Below are positions 50,782 through 61,615 of a DNA stretch of 64,000 nucleotides, one piece after another. The translations under genes and the position numbers were made by a program. This DNA is from Sminthopsis crassicaudata. Its lineage: Eukaryota. Numbering within the stretch: position 1 is the stretch's first letter; every line of letters starts with the position of its first letter. The stretch is taken from NCBI RefSeq assembly GCF_048593235.1, contig NC_133620.1:35590852-35654851 (forward strand), given 5' to 3'. The notes beneath the pieces were generated by a model. That model had not been told where the DNA came from. It worked only from the letters and a program-made list of their open reading frames with translations, and made no database searches.

Positions 50782-51957
50782 ATGAACAAAAAATTCAAAA
50801 GGGCTCTAACCATTGACAGCTTCTGTGTGGAGAGGGAGCAAACTTCAAATGCTGAAGAGACTAGGAACAGAATGTCCCCAGATGTATCCCCTGGGAGGGA
50901 TATAAGCTGCTCCTCAATACAAAAGAACCTCATAGAGGAAATCAAAAAGGCTCTCACAAGAGAGCTGGAAGAGAAATGGGAAAAGGAAAGGGAGGCTTGG
51001 CAAGAGAGCCTGGAGAGGTCATCCCATGCATTCAAAGACAGAATGGATAAAGAAATCAAATCATTGAGAAACAAGATTAGTGAGCTGGAAAAGGTAAACA
51101 ACTCCAAGGAAAACAGGATTAGTGAGCTGGAAAAGGTAAACAACTCCAAGGAAAACAGGATTAGAGAGCTGGAAAAAGAAATCAGCTCTCTAAAAAATAA
51201 AATGGATAAAATGGAAAAAAATTCCATAGAAGATAAAAACTCAATTGGACAATTACAAAGAGATATAAAAAAAGTGAGTGAAGAAAATACATCATTGAAA
51301 ATTAGACTGGAACAAGTAGAAATGAATGACTCAAGGAGAAACCAAGAGGGAGTCAAGCAAAACCAGAGAAATGAAACAATTGAAAAGACTGTCAAGTACC
51401 TTACCAGAAAGACAACAGACCTGGAAAACAGATCCAGGAGAGACAATTTGAGAATAATCGGACTCCCTGAAAAATGGGAGGAAAAAAAGAGCTTGGACGC
51501 CATTTTCGAGGAAATTATCAAAGAGAACTGCCCAGACATTCTGGAAACAGAGGGTAAAATAGACATTGAGAAAATTCATCGATCACCTACTGAAAGGGAC
51601 CCTAAAATCAAAACGCCAAGAAATATAGTGGCCAAGTTCAAGAACCATCAGACAAAGGAAAAGATATTGGAAGCTGCTAGAAAAAAACAATTCAGATATG
51701 GAGGATCCACAATAAGGATAACACAGGATCTAGCAGCGTCCACATTAAAAGAACGCAGGGCCTGGAACATGATATTCCGAAAGGCTAAGGAACTTGGTAT
51801 GCAGCCAAGAATAACTTACCCAGCAAGAATGAGCATCGTTTTCCAGGGAAGAAGATGGACATTTAACGAAATAAATGAATTCCATCTATTTTTGATGAAA
51901 AAACCAGACCTACATAAAAGGTTTGATCTTCAAATACAGAACTCAAGAGACTTCTAA
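50782..51957 (+). CDS. L1-ORF1: LINE-1 ORF1p (391 aa; coiled coil, RRM and C-terminal domain; RNA-binding chaperone)
   Basis: E/K-rich coiled coil, then typical L1 ORF1 motifs DLENRSRRDNLRIIGLPE, IHRSP..PRNIVAKF, KEKILEAARKK, RITQDL and YPARMSI. Confidence 0.97.
   Translation: MNKKFKRALTIDSFCVEREQTSNAEETRNRMSPDVSPGRDISCSSIQKNLIEEIKKALTRELEEKWEKEREAWQESLERSSHAFKDRMDKEIKSLRNKISELEKVNNSKENRISELEKVNNSKENRIRELEKEISSLKNKMDKMEKNSIEDKNSIGQLQRDIKKVSEENTSLKIRLEQVEMNDSRRNQEGVKQNQRNETIEKTVKYLTRKTTDLENRSRRDNLRIIGLPEKWEEKKSLDAIFEEIIKENCPDILETEGKIDIEKIHRSPTERDPKIKTPRNIVAKFKNHQTKEKILEAARKKQFRYGGSTIRITQDLAASTLKERRAWNMIFRKAKELGMQPRITYPARMSIVFQGRRWTFNEINEFHLFLMKKPDLHKRFDLQIQNSRDF
51076..51177 (+). repeat. In-frame 42-bp tandem repeat (about 2.4 copies) in the ORF1 coiled coil
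   Basis: ATTAGTGAGCTGGAAAAGGTAAACAACTCCAAGGAAAACAGG at 51076 and 51118, partial third copy at 51160. Encodes ISELEKVNNSKENR twice, then IRELEK. Confidence 0.95.
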
Positions 51958-52409
51958 AAAAAGTAAAAAGAAATCTTGAGAACTATACTTCTGTCAAAAA
52001 AATATGTAAAGAACATATGTACAATTTGTCTTAGAAACTAGAGATGGAAAGGAGATTATATCATAAAGTATAAAGTGGTGGTACTACATCTCATGAAGAG
52101 GCAAAGGTAACCTATTATATCTGAGAGAAAGAAAGGAGGGAGATGAAAATAGCGTGTATCAATAGACATATTCGATTTATGGTGAAACTTCTTCCATTTC
52201 ATTGAAAAGTGAAAGGGAAGGAGTAAGCTAAGGGGAAGGGAATACAGTAATTTCGAGGAAAAGGGATAAAATAAGGGGAGGATCTTTAAGGTGGGGGAGG
52301 GATCCTAAAAAGGGAGGGCTGTGAAAAGCAAGTGGTGTTTACCAGTTGAATACTGGATAGGAGGGTAAAAGGGAAGGAAAGGGGAAAAGCATAAGCAGGG
52401 GTTAATAGG

Positions 52410-55400
52410 ATGGCAAGCAATATAGAATTAGTCCTTCTAACCATAAATGTGAATGGGGCAAACTGCCTCATAAAGAGGAAGCAGTTAGCAGACTGGATTA
52501 AAAGTCAGAATCCTACTATATGTTGTTTACAGGAAACACACCTGAAACAGGATGAGACATTCAAACTAAAAGTAAAAGGGTGGAGCAGAATCTATTATGC
52601 TTCAGGTAAAACCAAAAAAGCAGGAGTAGCCATCCTCATCTCAGATCAAGCAAAAACAAAAATTGATCTAATTAAAAGAGATAAGGAAGGGCATTATATC
52701 CTGCTAAAGGGAAGCATCAATAGTGAAGCAGTATCAATATTAAACATGTATGCACCAAGTGGTGCAGCATCTAAATTCTTAAAAGAGAAATTAAGAGAGC
52801 TGCAAGAGGAAATAGATAGCAAAACTATAATAGCGGGAGATCTCAACCTTGCACTCTCAGAATTAGATAAATCAAACCACAAAATAAATAAGAAAGAAGT
52901 CAAAGAGGTAAATAGAATACTAGAAAAGTTTGATATGATAGATCTTTGGCGAAAGCTAAATGGAGACAGAAAGGAATATACTTTCTTCTCAGCAGTTCAT
53001 GGAACCTATACAAAAATTGATCATATACTAGGGCATAAAAACCTCAAAATCAAATGCAGTAAGGCAGAAATAGTAAATGCATCCTTTTCAGACCATAATG
53101 CAATCAAAATAACATTTAATAAAAAGCCAGGGGAAAATAGACCAAAAAATAATTGGAAACTAAATAATCTTATACTAAAGAATGATTGGGTAAAACAGCA
53201 AATCATAGACATAATTAATAACTTCACCCAAGAAAATGACAATAATGAGACATCATACCAAAATGTGTGGGATACAGCCAAAGCAGTAATTAGGGGAAGT
53301 TTTATATCTCTACAGGCCTACTTGCATAAAGTAGAGAAAGAGAGGGCCAACGAATTGGGTTTACAACTAAAATTGCTAGAAAAGGAACAAATTAAAAACC
53401 CCCAGACAAACACAAAACTTGAAATTCAAAAAATAAAAGGTGAGATTAATAAAATTGAAAGTAAAAAAACTATTGAATTAATTAATAAAACTAAGAGTTG
53501 GTTTTATGAAAAAACCAACAAAATAGACAAACCCTTAGTAAACCTGATTAAAAAAAGGAAAGAGAAAAAGCAAATTGATAGTCTTGAAAATGAAAAGGGT
53601 GAACTCACCACTAATGAAGAGGAAATTAGAACAATAGTTAGGAGCTACTTTGCTCAACTTTATGCCGATAAATTCGATAACTTAAATGAAATGGAAGAAT
53701 ACCTTCAAAAATATAGCTTGCCCAGATTAACAGAGGAAGAAGTAAGTAGTCTAAATAGTCCCATCTCAGAAAAAGAAATAGACCAAGCTATTAACCAACT
53801 TCCTAAGAAAAAGTCCCCAGGACCAGATGGATTTACAGGTGAATTCTACCAAACATTTAAAGAACAACTAACTCCAATGCTATGTAAACTATTTGAAAAA
53901 ATAGGGATTGAAGGAGTACTACCAAATTCCTTCTATGACACAGACATGGTACTGATACCTAAACCAGGTAGATCAAAAACTGAGAAAGAAAACTATAGAC
54001 CAATTTCCTTAATGAATATTGATGCTAAAATCTTAAATAAGATTTTAGCAAATAGACTTCAGAAAATCATCCCCAGGATAATACACTATGACCAAGTGGG
54101 ATTTATACCAGGAATGCAGGGCTGGTTTAATACTAGGAAAACTATTAGTATAATTGACCATATTAATAATCAAATTAATAAAAACCATATGATCATCTCA
54201 ATAGATGCAGAAAAGGCATTTGATAAAATCCAACATCCATTCCTACTAAAAACGCTTGAGAGTATAGGAATAAATGGACTATTCCTTAAAATAATAAGGA
54301 GCATATATTTAAAACCTTCAGTAAACATCATATGTAATGGTGATAAACTAGAACCTTTCCCTGTAAGATCAGGAGTGAAACAAGGTTGCCCACTATCACC
54401 ATTACTATTCAATATAGTACTAGAAACTCTAGCCTTGGCAATAAGAGCCGAGAAAGAGATCCAAGGAATTAGAGTAGGAAATGAAGAAATCAAATTGTCA
54501 CTTTTCGCAGATGACATGATGGTATACTTAGAGAACCCCAAAGACTCTGCTAAAAAGCTATTAGAAATAATTCAGAATTTTAGCAAAGTCGCAGGATACA
54601 AAATAAATCCACATAAATCCTCAGGATTTTTATACATTACCAACACAATCCAACAGCAAGAGATACAAAGAGAAATTCCATTCAAAATAACAGTCGATAG
54701 TATCAAATATTTGGGAATATATCTACCAAAGGAGAGTCAGGAATTATATGAGCAAAATTACAAAACACTTGCCACAAAAATAAAGTCAGATTTAAATAAT
54801 TGGAAAGACATTCAATGTTCTTGGATAGGCCGAGCGAATATAATAAAGATGACAATACTCCCCAAACTAATCTATTTATTTAGTGCTATACCAATCAGAC
54901 TCCCAAGAAACTATTTTAATGACCTAGAAAAAATAACAACAAAATTCATATGGAAGAATAAAACGTCGAGAATTGCAAGGGAACTAATGAAAAAAAAGTC
55001 AGAGGAAGGTGGTCTAAGTGTACCTGATTTAAAGCTATATTATAAAGCAACAGTCACCAAAACCATTTGGTATTGGCTAAGAAATAGACTAGTTGATCAG
55101 TGGCATAGGTTAGGTTCACAGGACAAGATAGTGAATAAAAATAGCAATCTAATTTTTGACAAACCCAAAGATCCCAAATTTTGGGATAAGAATTCATTAT
55201 TTGACAAAAACTGCTGGGAAAACTGGAAATTAGTATGGCAGAAACTAGGCATGGACCCACATTTAACACCACATACTAAGATTAGATCAAAATGGGTCCA
55301 AGATTTAGGCATAAAGAACGAAATCATAAATAAATTGGAGGAACATGGGATGGTTTACCTCTCAGACTTGTGGAGGAGGAAGGAGTTTGTGTCCAAGGGA

Positions 55401-56243
55401 GAACTAGAGACCATTATTGATCACAAAATAGAACATTTTGATTACACCAAATTAAAAAGTTTCTGCACAAACAAAACTAATGCAAACAAGATTAGAAGGG
55501 AAGTAACAAATTGGGAAAAAATTTTTACAGTTAAAGGTTCTGATAAAGGCCTCATCTCCAAAATATACAGAGAATTGACTTTAATTTATAAGAAATCAAG
55601 CCATTCTCCAATTGATAAATGGTCAAAGGATATGAACAGACAATTTTCAGATGATGAAATTAAAACTATTTCCACTCATATGAAAGAGTGTTCCAAATCA
55701 CTATTGATCAGAGAAATGCAAATTAAGACAACTCTGAGGTATCATTACACACCTGTCAGATTGGCTAAAATGACAGGAACAAATAACGATGAATGTTGGA
55801 GGGGTTGTGGGAAAACTGGGACACTGATGCATTGTTGGTGGAGTTGTGAAAGAATCCAACCATTCTGGAGAGCAATCTGGAATTATGCCCAAAAAGTTAT
55901 CAAAATGTGCATACCCTTTGACCCAGCCATACTACTACTGGGCTTATACCCCAAGGAACTACTAGAGAAGGGAAAGGGTCCTGTATGTGCCAAAATGTTT
56001 GTGGCAGCCCTTTTCATAGTGGCTAGAAGCTGGAAGATGAATGGATGTCCATCAATTGGAGAATGGTTGGGTAAACTATGGTATATGAATGTTATGGAAT
56101 ATTACTGTTCTATAAGAAATGACCAACAGGAGAAATACAGAGAGGCTTGGAGAGACTTACATCAACTGATGCTGAGTGAAACGAGCAGAACCAGAAGATC
56201 ATTATACACTTCAACAATGATACTGTACGAGGATGTATGCTGA
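52410..56243 (+). CDS. L1-ORF2: LINE-1 ORF2p (1277 aa; APE-like endonuclease, reverse transcriptase, C-terminal Cys-rich domain)
   Basis: EN motifs TINVNG, LQETH, AGDLN, IDHI and [12 protein letters not shown] and YRPISLMN are present. RT motifs [14 protein letters not shown] and FADDM. CCHC motif CWRGC..HCWWSC. No stops or frameshifts. Confidence 0.98.
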   Translation: MASNIELVLLTINVNGANCLIKRKQLADWIKSQNPTICCLQETHLKQDETFKLKVKGWSRIYYASGKTKKAGVAILISDQAKTKIDLIKRDKEGHYILLKGSINSEAVSILNMYAPSGAASKFLKEKLRELQEEIDSKTIIAGDLNLALSELDKSNHKINKKEVKEVNRILEKFDMIDLWRKLNGDRKEYTFFSAVHGTYTKIDHILGHKNLKIKCSKAEIVNASFSDHNAIKITFNKKPGENRPKNNWKLNNLILKNDWVKQQIIDIINNFTQENDNNETSYQNVWDTAKAVIRGSFISLQAYLHKVEKERANELGLQLKLLEKEQIKNPQTNTKLEIQKIKGEINKIESKKTIELINKTKSWFYEKTNKIDKPLVNLIKKRKEKKQIDSLENEKGELTTNEEEIRTIVRSYFAQLYADKFDNLNEMEEYLQKYSLPRLTEEEVSSLNSPISEKEIDQAINQLPKKKSPGPDGFTGEFYQTFKEQLTPMLCKLFEKIGIEGVLPNSFYDTDMVLIPKPGRSKTEKENYRPISLMNIDAKILNKILANRLQKIIPRIIHYDQVGFIPGMQGWFNTRKTISIIDHINNQINKNHMIISIDAEKAFDKIQHPFLLKTLESIGINGLFLKIIRSIYLKPSVNIICNGDKLEPFPVRSGVKQGCPLSPLLFNIVLETLALAIRAEKEIQGIRVGNEEIKLSLFADDMMVYLENPKDSAKKLLEIIQNFSKVAGYKINPHKSSGFLYITNTIQQQEIQREIPFKITVDSIKYLGIYLPKESQELYEQNYKTLATKIKSDLNNWKDIQCSWIGRANIIKMTILPKLIYLFSAIPIRLPRNYFNDLEKITTKFIWKNKTSRIARELMKKKSEEGGLSVPDLKLYYKATVTKTIWYWLRNRLVDQWHRLGSQDKIVNKNSNLIFDKPKDPKFWDKNSLFDKNCWENWKLVWQKLGMDPHLTPHTKIRSKWVQDLGIKNEIINKLEEHGMVYLSDLWRRKEFVSKGELETIIDHKIEHFDYTKLKSFCTNKTNANKIRREVTNWEKIFTVKGSDKGLISKIYRELTLIYKKSSHSPIDKWSKDMNRQFSDDEIKTISTHMKECSKSLLIREMQIKTTLRYHYTPVRLAKMTGTNNDECWRGCGKTGTLMHCWWSCERIQPFWRAIWNYAQKVIKMCIPFDPAILLLGLYPKELLEKGKGPVCAKMFVAALFIVARSWKMNGCPSIGEWLGKLWYMNVMEYYCSIRNDQQEKYREAWRDLHQLMLSETSRTRRSLYTSTMILYEDVC

Positions 56244-56603
56244 TGGAAGTGGATTTCTTCAACATAGAGAAGAGCCAATCCAATTCCAATTGATTAATGA
56301 TGGACAGAACCAGCTACATCCAGAAAAGGACTGGGAAATGAATGTAAACTGTTATTTTTACCTTCTGAATCCAATTCTTCCTGTGCAACAAAAAATTCGG
56401 TTCTACACACATATATTGTATCTAAATTATACTGTAATATATTTAACATATATAAGACTGCTTGCCATCTGGGGGAGGGGGTTGGGGGAGGAAGGGAAAA
56501 AATCTGAATAGAAGTAAGTGCAAGGGATAATGTTGTAAAAAATTACCCATGCATATGTACTGTCAAAAAATGTTATAATTATAAAATAAAATAAAAAAAT
56601 TTA

Positions 56604-56639
<36 letters not shown>

Positions 56640-56641
<2 letters not shown>

Positions 56642-56650
56642 AAATTTATT
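56640..56650 (+). repeat. 3' copy of the L1 target-site duplication (GAAAATTTATT)
   Basis: Identical to 50149-50159. Confidence 0.92.
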
Positions 56651-57709
56651 TAAAATATATTTTAAAATATAACCTTTCTCTCCATTTTAAGGGAGGTGAA
56701 AAATCAAATAGTTTGAATGCAGAAAAAAAGGCATCAAATTCGAATGTTTCAAATAAGATAATAAGTATCCTCCTGAAGAAACAAACTCCTTTCCTCTTAG
56801 GATCAGTTGTGTTCAGTCAAGACCTCAGGGCAAGTCCCCCAAGCCAGCCCTCCTGTGAGGTCTCACCTTTATCTTTTCAGCAGAGGAGTGGGCAAATGCA
56901 ATTTTTCTATGACAGATCAGCTCCATTTTCCCTTTTGAAGTGGCTATTGATATTCATTGGCCTGTTAGAGCAAAGCTATTCTTCTTAAGCTTGATAAAAT
57001 CATTAGGGTAAAGGCATATATATTGTACCAAAGAACTTCCATCCTGTTGCACACTATGAGTGAGTCTGGAACTAATGATTTTTCTTGGCCTTTGCATTCA
57101 TCTTTTAGCTTGCTTTATAGTGGAACGGTCTGTCCCGGGATGATGTTTTGTTGGTCTACAGGGCCTGTTAAAGTGACTTTATAGAGCTATAGGCCATAAG
57201 GTGATATTTTATGAGAACATAAGGGTTTTCTCAAATATGTATTCTTCTCTCTGTTATCTGAAAGTCTGGATTGTTTGTAAATAGACTAACTCATAGTGTG
57301 GCAGTAGTTGTGGGTGATGTCACCTACAATATGGCACTTGGGCAAATGGAAATTGTAGTTCCCATGAAAAAAATCACATGGAACTAAATGGTGTGCCATT
57401 GTGTGCCTGAGAAAGTTAGCCAAAGATGCATTTTCACAAAGGGAAAAGTGGGATGTTGGAACCTTGTCAATAACATACTACGTTTGTTCTCTTGTTTTAG
57501 TTGATCTCTCTTGTTAGAGAATCCTGGATAGATGTCAATGATTTTCTTAAATGATATAAAACTTTGTACATACTTGGAAATGAAAGCTAACTGTACATGT
57601 TATTACTATGTTAAAAATCGTGGCTGCTTGGTATAATTGTATACTTCCAAGAGTAAGAAATGATTTCTAGAGTGACTGCTGAGAGGCTTTGAAACATTAC
57701 CCTTTGCAG

Positions 57710-57804
57710 ATGGAATAGCAAATGAGATGTTGACAGAGGCCAATATGGATCTGGAGGCCTTAGGGCGGATTGCAGTCAAATTATTATTGTCCGATGAAGA
57801 GTAA
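57710..57804 (+). CDS. Candidate exon (D)GIANEMLTEANMDLEALGRIAVKLLLSDEE*
   Basis: taccctttgcag acceptor; the phase-1 frame is open for 30 codons up to TAA. An alternative weak donor AGA|GTAAAA lies at 57800. Confidence 0.3.
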
Positions 57805-58009
57805 AAACAATAGTTGGCTATATACAGATCACTTATTCTTCTGATTGGCCCCATGGGGCAGAACTGAGAGCAATGAGAAAAGTTGCAACAAAGAAGATAG
57901 ACTTGCTATTAGGAGGGAAAAAAAAGCTCTAATAATTTGGATTGTACAAAAGCTGGATAGGCTGCCTGTGGAACTTGTAGGGGCATTCCCCCATTGGAAG
58001 GATCAAAAG

Positions 58010-58270
58010 AAAGAAGTTAGGAAAGAAGGATAGAAAAAAGGAAGAAAATTAGGACAAAAGGAAGGAAGAAAGAAAGGAAAGAAGGAAGTCAAGAGAGTAG
58101 GAAAGAAGGAAGAAATGAAGGAATGCAACAAAGATGGAAGAAAGGAGGGAAGGAGGAAGATTAAAAAGAATGAAAGAAATTAGAATGGAAGAAAGAAAAG
58201 ATTGATCAGCAAGCATTTAGGATGGAAGGGATAAAGTAAGGAATAAAGGAAAGGAGGAAGGGAAGAAGGC
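58010..58270 (+). repeat. Purine-rich (GGAA/GAAA)n degenerate tract
   Basis: Almost exclusively G/A. Confidence 0.85.
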
Positions 58271-60150
58271 TGGACAGAGGATGCTCTGTGTTTGTGTCCT
58301 GTTCTTTAGACTAAAAGGAATCAGAATAAAGAGAGATACTCCACAGGGTCTGGTGTAATAAACACACTCCCACTCTCAATGGTATTGCTCCTCATTCTAC
58401 ATTCAGATGCAAATCTCAGTGGCAAACATAAAGAATGCTTTCTGAGGCCGAAACAAATTTGTATGTATTTGGGGGAAAAACACCCTAAGGACTTCTAGAT
58501 CTTTTTCCTACCTTCCAGTATTCACTTCCTTTTATGATTATTTCCTGTGATTTATTTTTAAAGGATGTAGTTTCAATAAAGTTTCCAAAGTACTCTGAGT
58601 TCCAAATGGACTTGAGTTCATTTGATTTTTATGGGCGGCTAGCCTTTAATCTCTTATCACAGAATCAGAAATGTACCTGTTCCATACTGGTAAATTANNN
58701 NNNNNNNNNNNNNNNNNNNNNNNNNNNNNNNNNNNNNNNNNNNNNNNNNNNNNNNNNNNNNNNNNNNNNNNNNNNNNNNNNNNNNNNNNNNNNNNNNNNN
58801 NNNNNNNNNNNNNNNNNNNNNNNNNNNNNNNNNNNNNNNNNNNNNNNNNNNNNNNNNNNNNNNNNNNNNNNNNNNNNAAAGNNNNNNNNNNNNNNNNNNN
58901 NNNNNNNNNNNNNNNNNNNNNNNNNNNNNNNNNNNNNNNNNNNNNNNNNNNNNNNNNNNNNNNNNNNNNNNNNNNNNNNNNNNNNNNNNNNNNNNNNNNN
59001 NNNNNNNNNNNNNNNNNNNNNNNNNNNNNNNNNNNNNNNNNNNNNNNNNNNNNNNNNNNNNNNNNNNNNNNNNNNNNNNNNNNNNNNNNNNNNNNNNNNN
59101 NNNNNNNNNNNNNNNNNNNNNNNNNNNNNNNNNNNNNNNNNNNNNNNNNAATTAACATCAATATGCTGTTTGGTCCTTTATTAAAAATTCCCATAGGATA
59201 ACCAACACAGATGTTCAATGCAACATCATATATCTGCGGCATTTTATGGCTCCACTAATTGGCCATATGGAAAGGTGTTGCTTGGATGTAATTTTTAAAA
59301 AAAAATCTGCTAAATTATATGAATTGTAATAATTATAATCAGTTTATATATAAAGTTGGATAGGTTAATACAGGCTGCCTGTTGCAAGCAAAATAGGAGT
59401 AAACAAACTTTTGGTGCTATGTTTTGTTATAAATACCAGTTTACTTAAACATGTGCACATTAGCTCCAACAGCATTTTAAGTTCCTATTGTAATTATGAG
59501 TAATTTTAACTTTTGCCTATAGCCTAAAGAGATTATATGCTTTTGAGTTCTAGAAGCAGTAGTGTTCTTTAGGGTACCTGCTGTGAGGACTTCAACAGGA
59601 TGCACTTTTTTCATGTGTGTTCTGAAATTTTATATTAATAGTAAGTGTCCAGGATTTGGTTATTGTCATTTGTCCTTTTTGCCTGATAATAAAAATGGGG
59701 TCTTGTTAATTTCCCATGTTAATTTCTCTTGCTGTCAAAATAGAATAATGTACTTAAAGCTTCATATATTTTACTTTCTTCACATGACACATACTTTTCC
59801 TTCTTGTCACATTTTGTCTTTTTTTCACCTTTCATATTATCAGCATATATTTTATATTCATGAAATAACAATTACATATGCTCGAGTCATCCAGGGGGGG
59901 AGGGAGGGTGATAGATCAAGAGCTGGAATAGAAATCAGAAAGCTTTTTGTTTAAGCCTTGTTTGTGACCATACCTACTGTTTGGTCTTGGGCAAATACTG
60001 TAATTTCTCAGTGACCCATGCAGCCAGGGATGTAATTTAAGGGCAGATGGGGATATGCATGAAGGAGGTCTCACCTTATAGAGATGAAATTTTGGATCTA
60101 CTCCTTTTCTACTTTACTAAAATAGATACATTTATTAAAGATTAAAGATT

Positions 60151-60335
60151 TACTTGTTTAGTTGTGAGTAACCCATTTGGGCTTTTCTTGGCAAAGATCC
60201 TGAAGAGTTTTGCCATCCTATTATCCAGCTCATTTTACAGATGAGGAAAGTAAAGCAAACAGGGTTAAGTGACTTGCTCAAAGTCACATAGTTAATATCC
60301 AAGGCCTGATTTGGCTCAGGTCTTCTCAAGTCGGA
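60151..60335 (-). mobile_element. MAR1-like CORE-SINE
   Basis: ttttcttggcaaagat...cagctcattttacagatgaggaaa...gttaagtgacttgc. Confidence 0.75.
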
Positions 60336-61216
60336 CTTAGGTGACTCTTTATTAAAAGTCAGGAATATAGTATATCTAATAGCTAGCATTAGATATATTA
60401 TTAAGTGTACACTTTTTGCTGATTTGTTACCTTTTCCTCCTGGCACTCAGATCACCTCTTTTTATCATAGAATTGAATTCTTCTTTCTCTGTCTCCTCCT
60501 CAGGTGGCAGTTAGACCTCTGTTCCTCCCAGATTCCCTATCACATCTCTCTCCTTCCACAGAAGAGTCCTTTTTGTCTCACAGGCTTGTTATACATTGAT
60601 ATTCTGCCAGATAAAGCTACTTATCTGATTTTTGCTCTAGAAATTCGGGCAGTCTGAAGTAATTTACCTCTTTGTTCTCATGGTTATTTCTTTTTTTTTT
60701 TTTTTCATTTTTCTTTGTCTCTGTCTGATTCTCCCTTTCTTTCCCCCTTCCCTTGATCTTCCCCTTTCTCCTGTGTTCTGTGTATATGATGAAAACAGAT
60801 AATGAGACGGAGCATGAACTGTTCCCTACCATACCTTATTATATATTGCCTAGTTCTAATATATTTTAACTGTATGGACACAGATTCTACTGTTTTTCAC
60901 AAGTCCAAGGTAGAAGTAAAGTCAAGATGAGCCTCAAACTCTAAGACAAATGGAACACTCTGGAAATCCATCAAAGAGGATGAGGCTGGGCTGTGGAGAC
61001 ATTACTGAAGACTTTTCTCTTTCCTTTTCCATTTTGAACCAGTGTAGAATTTTCTACAATCATAGTATCTTGCATATAGAATGGTACAAGCTTCCTTTTG
61101 GCTGTTGTCTCCCTGCAGTAGATTGTCATCTCCTTCTGGTCCTATTTGGATTCTCAGTGTATAGCACATAAATACTTGTTGATTGGCTTGAGTGGAATAG
61201 ATTTCATTGATTTCTA

Positions 61217-61276
61217 TGATTTCAACTCCCATTGAAGAAACTACCATTGATTTCAACTCCTATTGAAGAAACTACC
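61217..61276 (+). repeat. 31-bp-period tandem duplication
   Basis: tgatttcaactcc(c/t)attgaagaaactacc occurs twice with one mismatch. Confidence 0.9.
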
Positions 61277-61344
61277 TCTTCCAAGGCAGATTGGCACCTT
61301 CTTTGAAACCTGCAGACTTATAATTTCAAACCACTTGTGATGGA

Positions 61345-61615
61345 AATAGCCATTTGCATCCAGAGAGAGAACTATGGAGACTAAATGTGGATCAAAACAT
61401 AGTGTTTTCACTTTGTTGTTATTTGTTTGTTTGCTTGTTTGCTTGCTTGTTTTTTCCCTCATGAAACATTTATGTTTAGAAGAATATTGGATTGCTTGCT
61501 GTTTATGGCAAAGGGTAGGGAGGAGGGAGAAAAACTTGGAACATAAGGTTTTACAAAGGTGAATGGTGAAAACTATCTTTGTATGTTTTTGAAAAAATAA
61601 AAATCAATTAAAAAG
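61345..61615 (+). mobile_element. L1 3'UTR fragment
   Basis: catccagagagagaactatggag... is also present in the L1 fragment at 6600-6630; ends in an A-rich tail. Confidence 0.75.

Larger units (their letters stand above)
50160..56639 (+). mobile_element. Full-length, apparently intact young LINE-1 retrotransposon (about 6.5 kb)
   Basis: Starts GGACTTCCGGCCAAGATGGCGG, followed by a GC-rich 5'UTR, two uninterrupted ORFs, a G-rich 3'UTR tract and 31 consecutive A (56609-56639). Flanked by identical GAAAATTTATT at 50149-50159 and 56640-56650. Confidence 0.98.

Noticed and set aside
51076-51177. CRISPR-like direct repeats
   Set aside because: Head-to-tail repeats without spacers, inside a eukaryotic CDS.
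50748-51566. 272-aa antisense ORF overlapping ORF1
   Set aside because: In this register antisense stops require ORF1 codons starting TA, or CA after a T-ending codon, which are scarce in an E/K-rich coiled coil. The F/S/L-rich product is an expected shadow ORF.
58534-59242. 176-216 aa ORFs
   Set aside because: They span N runs.
59562-59954. 130-aa + strand ORF
   Set aside because: GTG start, AT-rich F/I/H/Y-biased composition, no splice or domain support.
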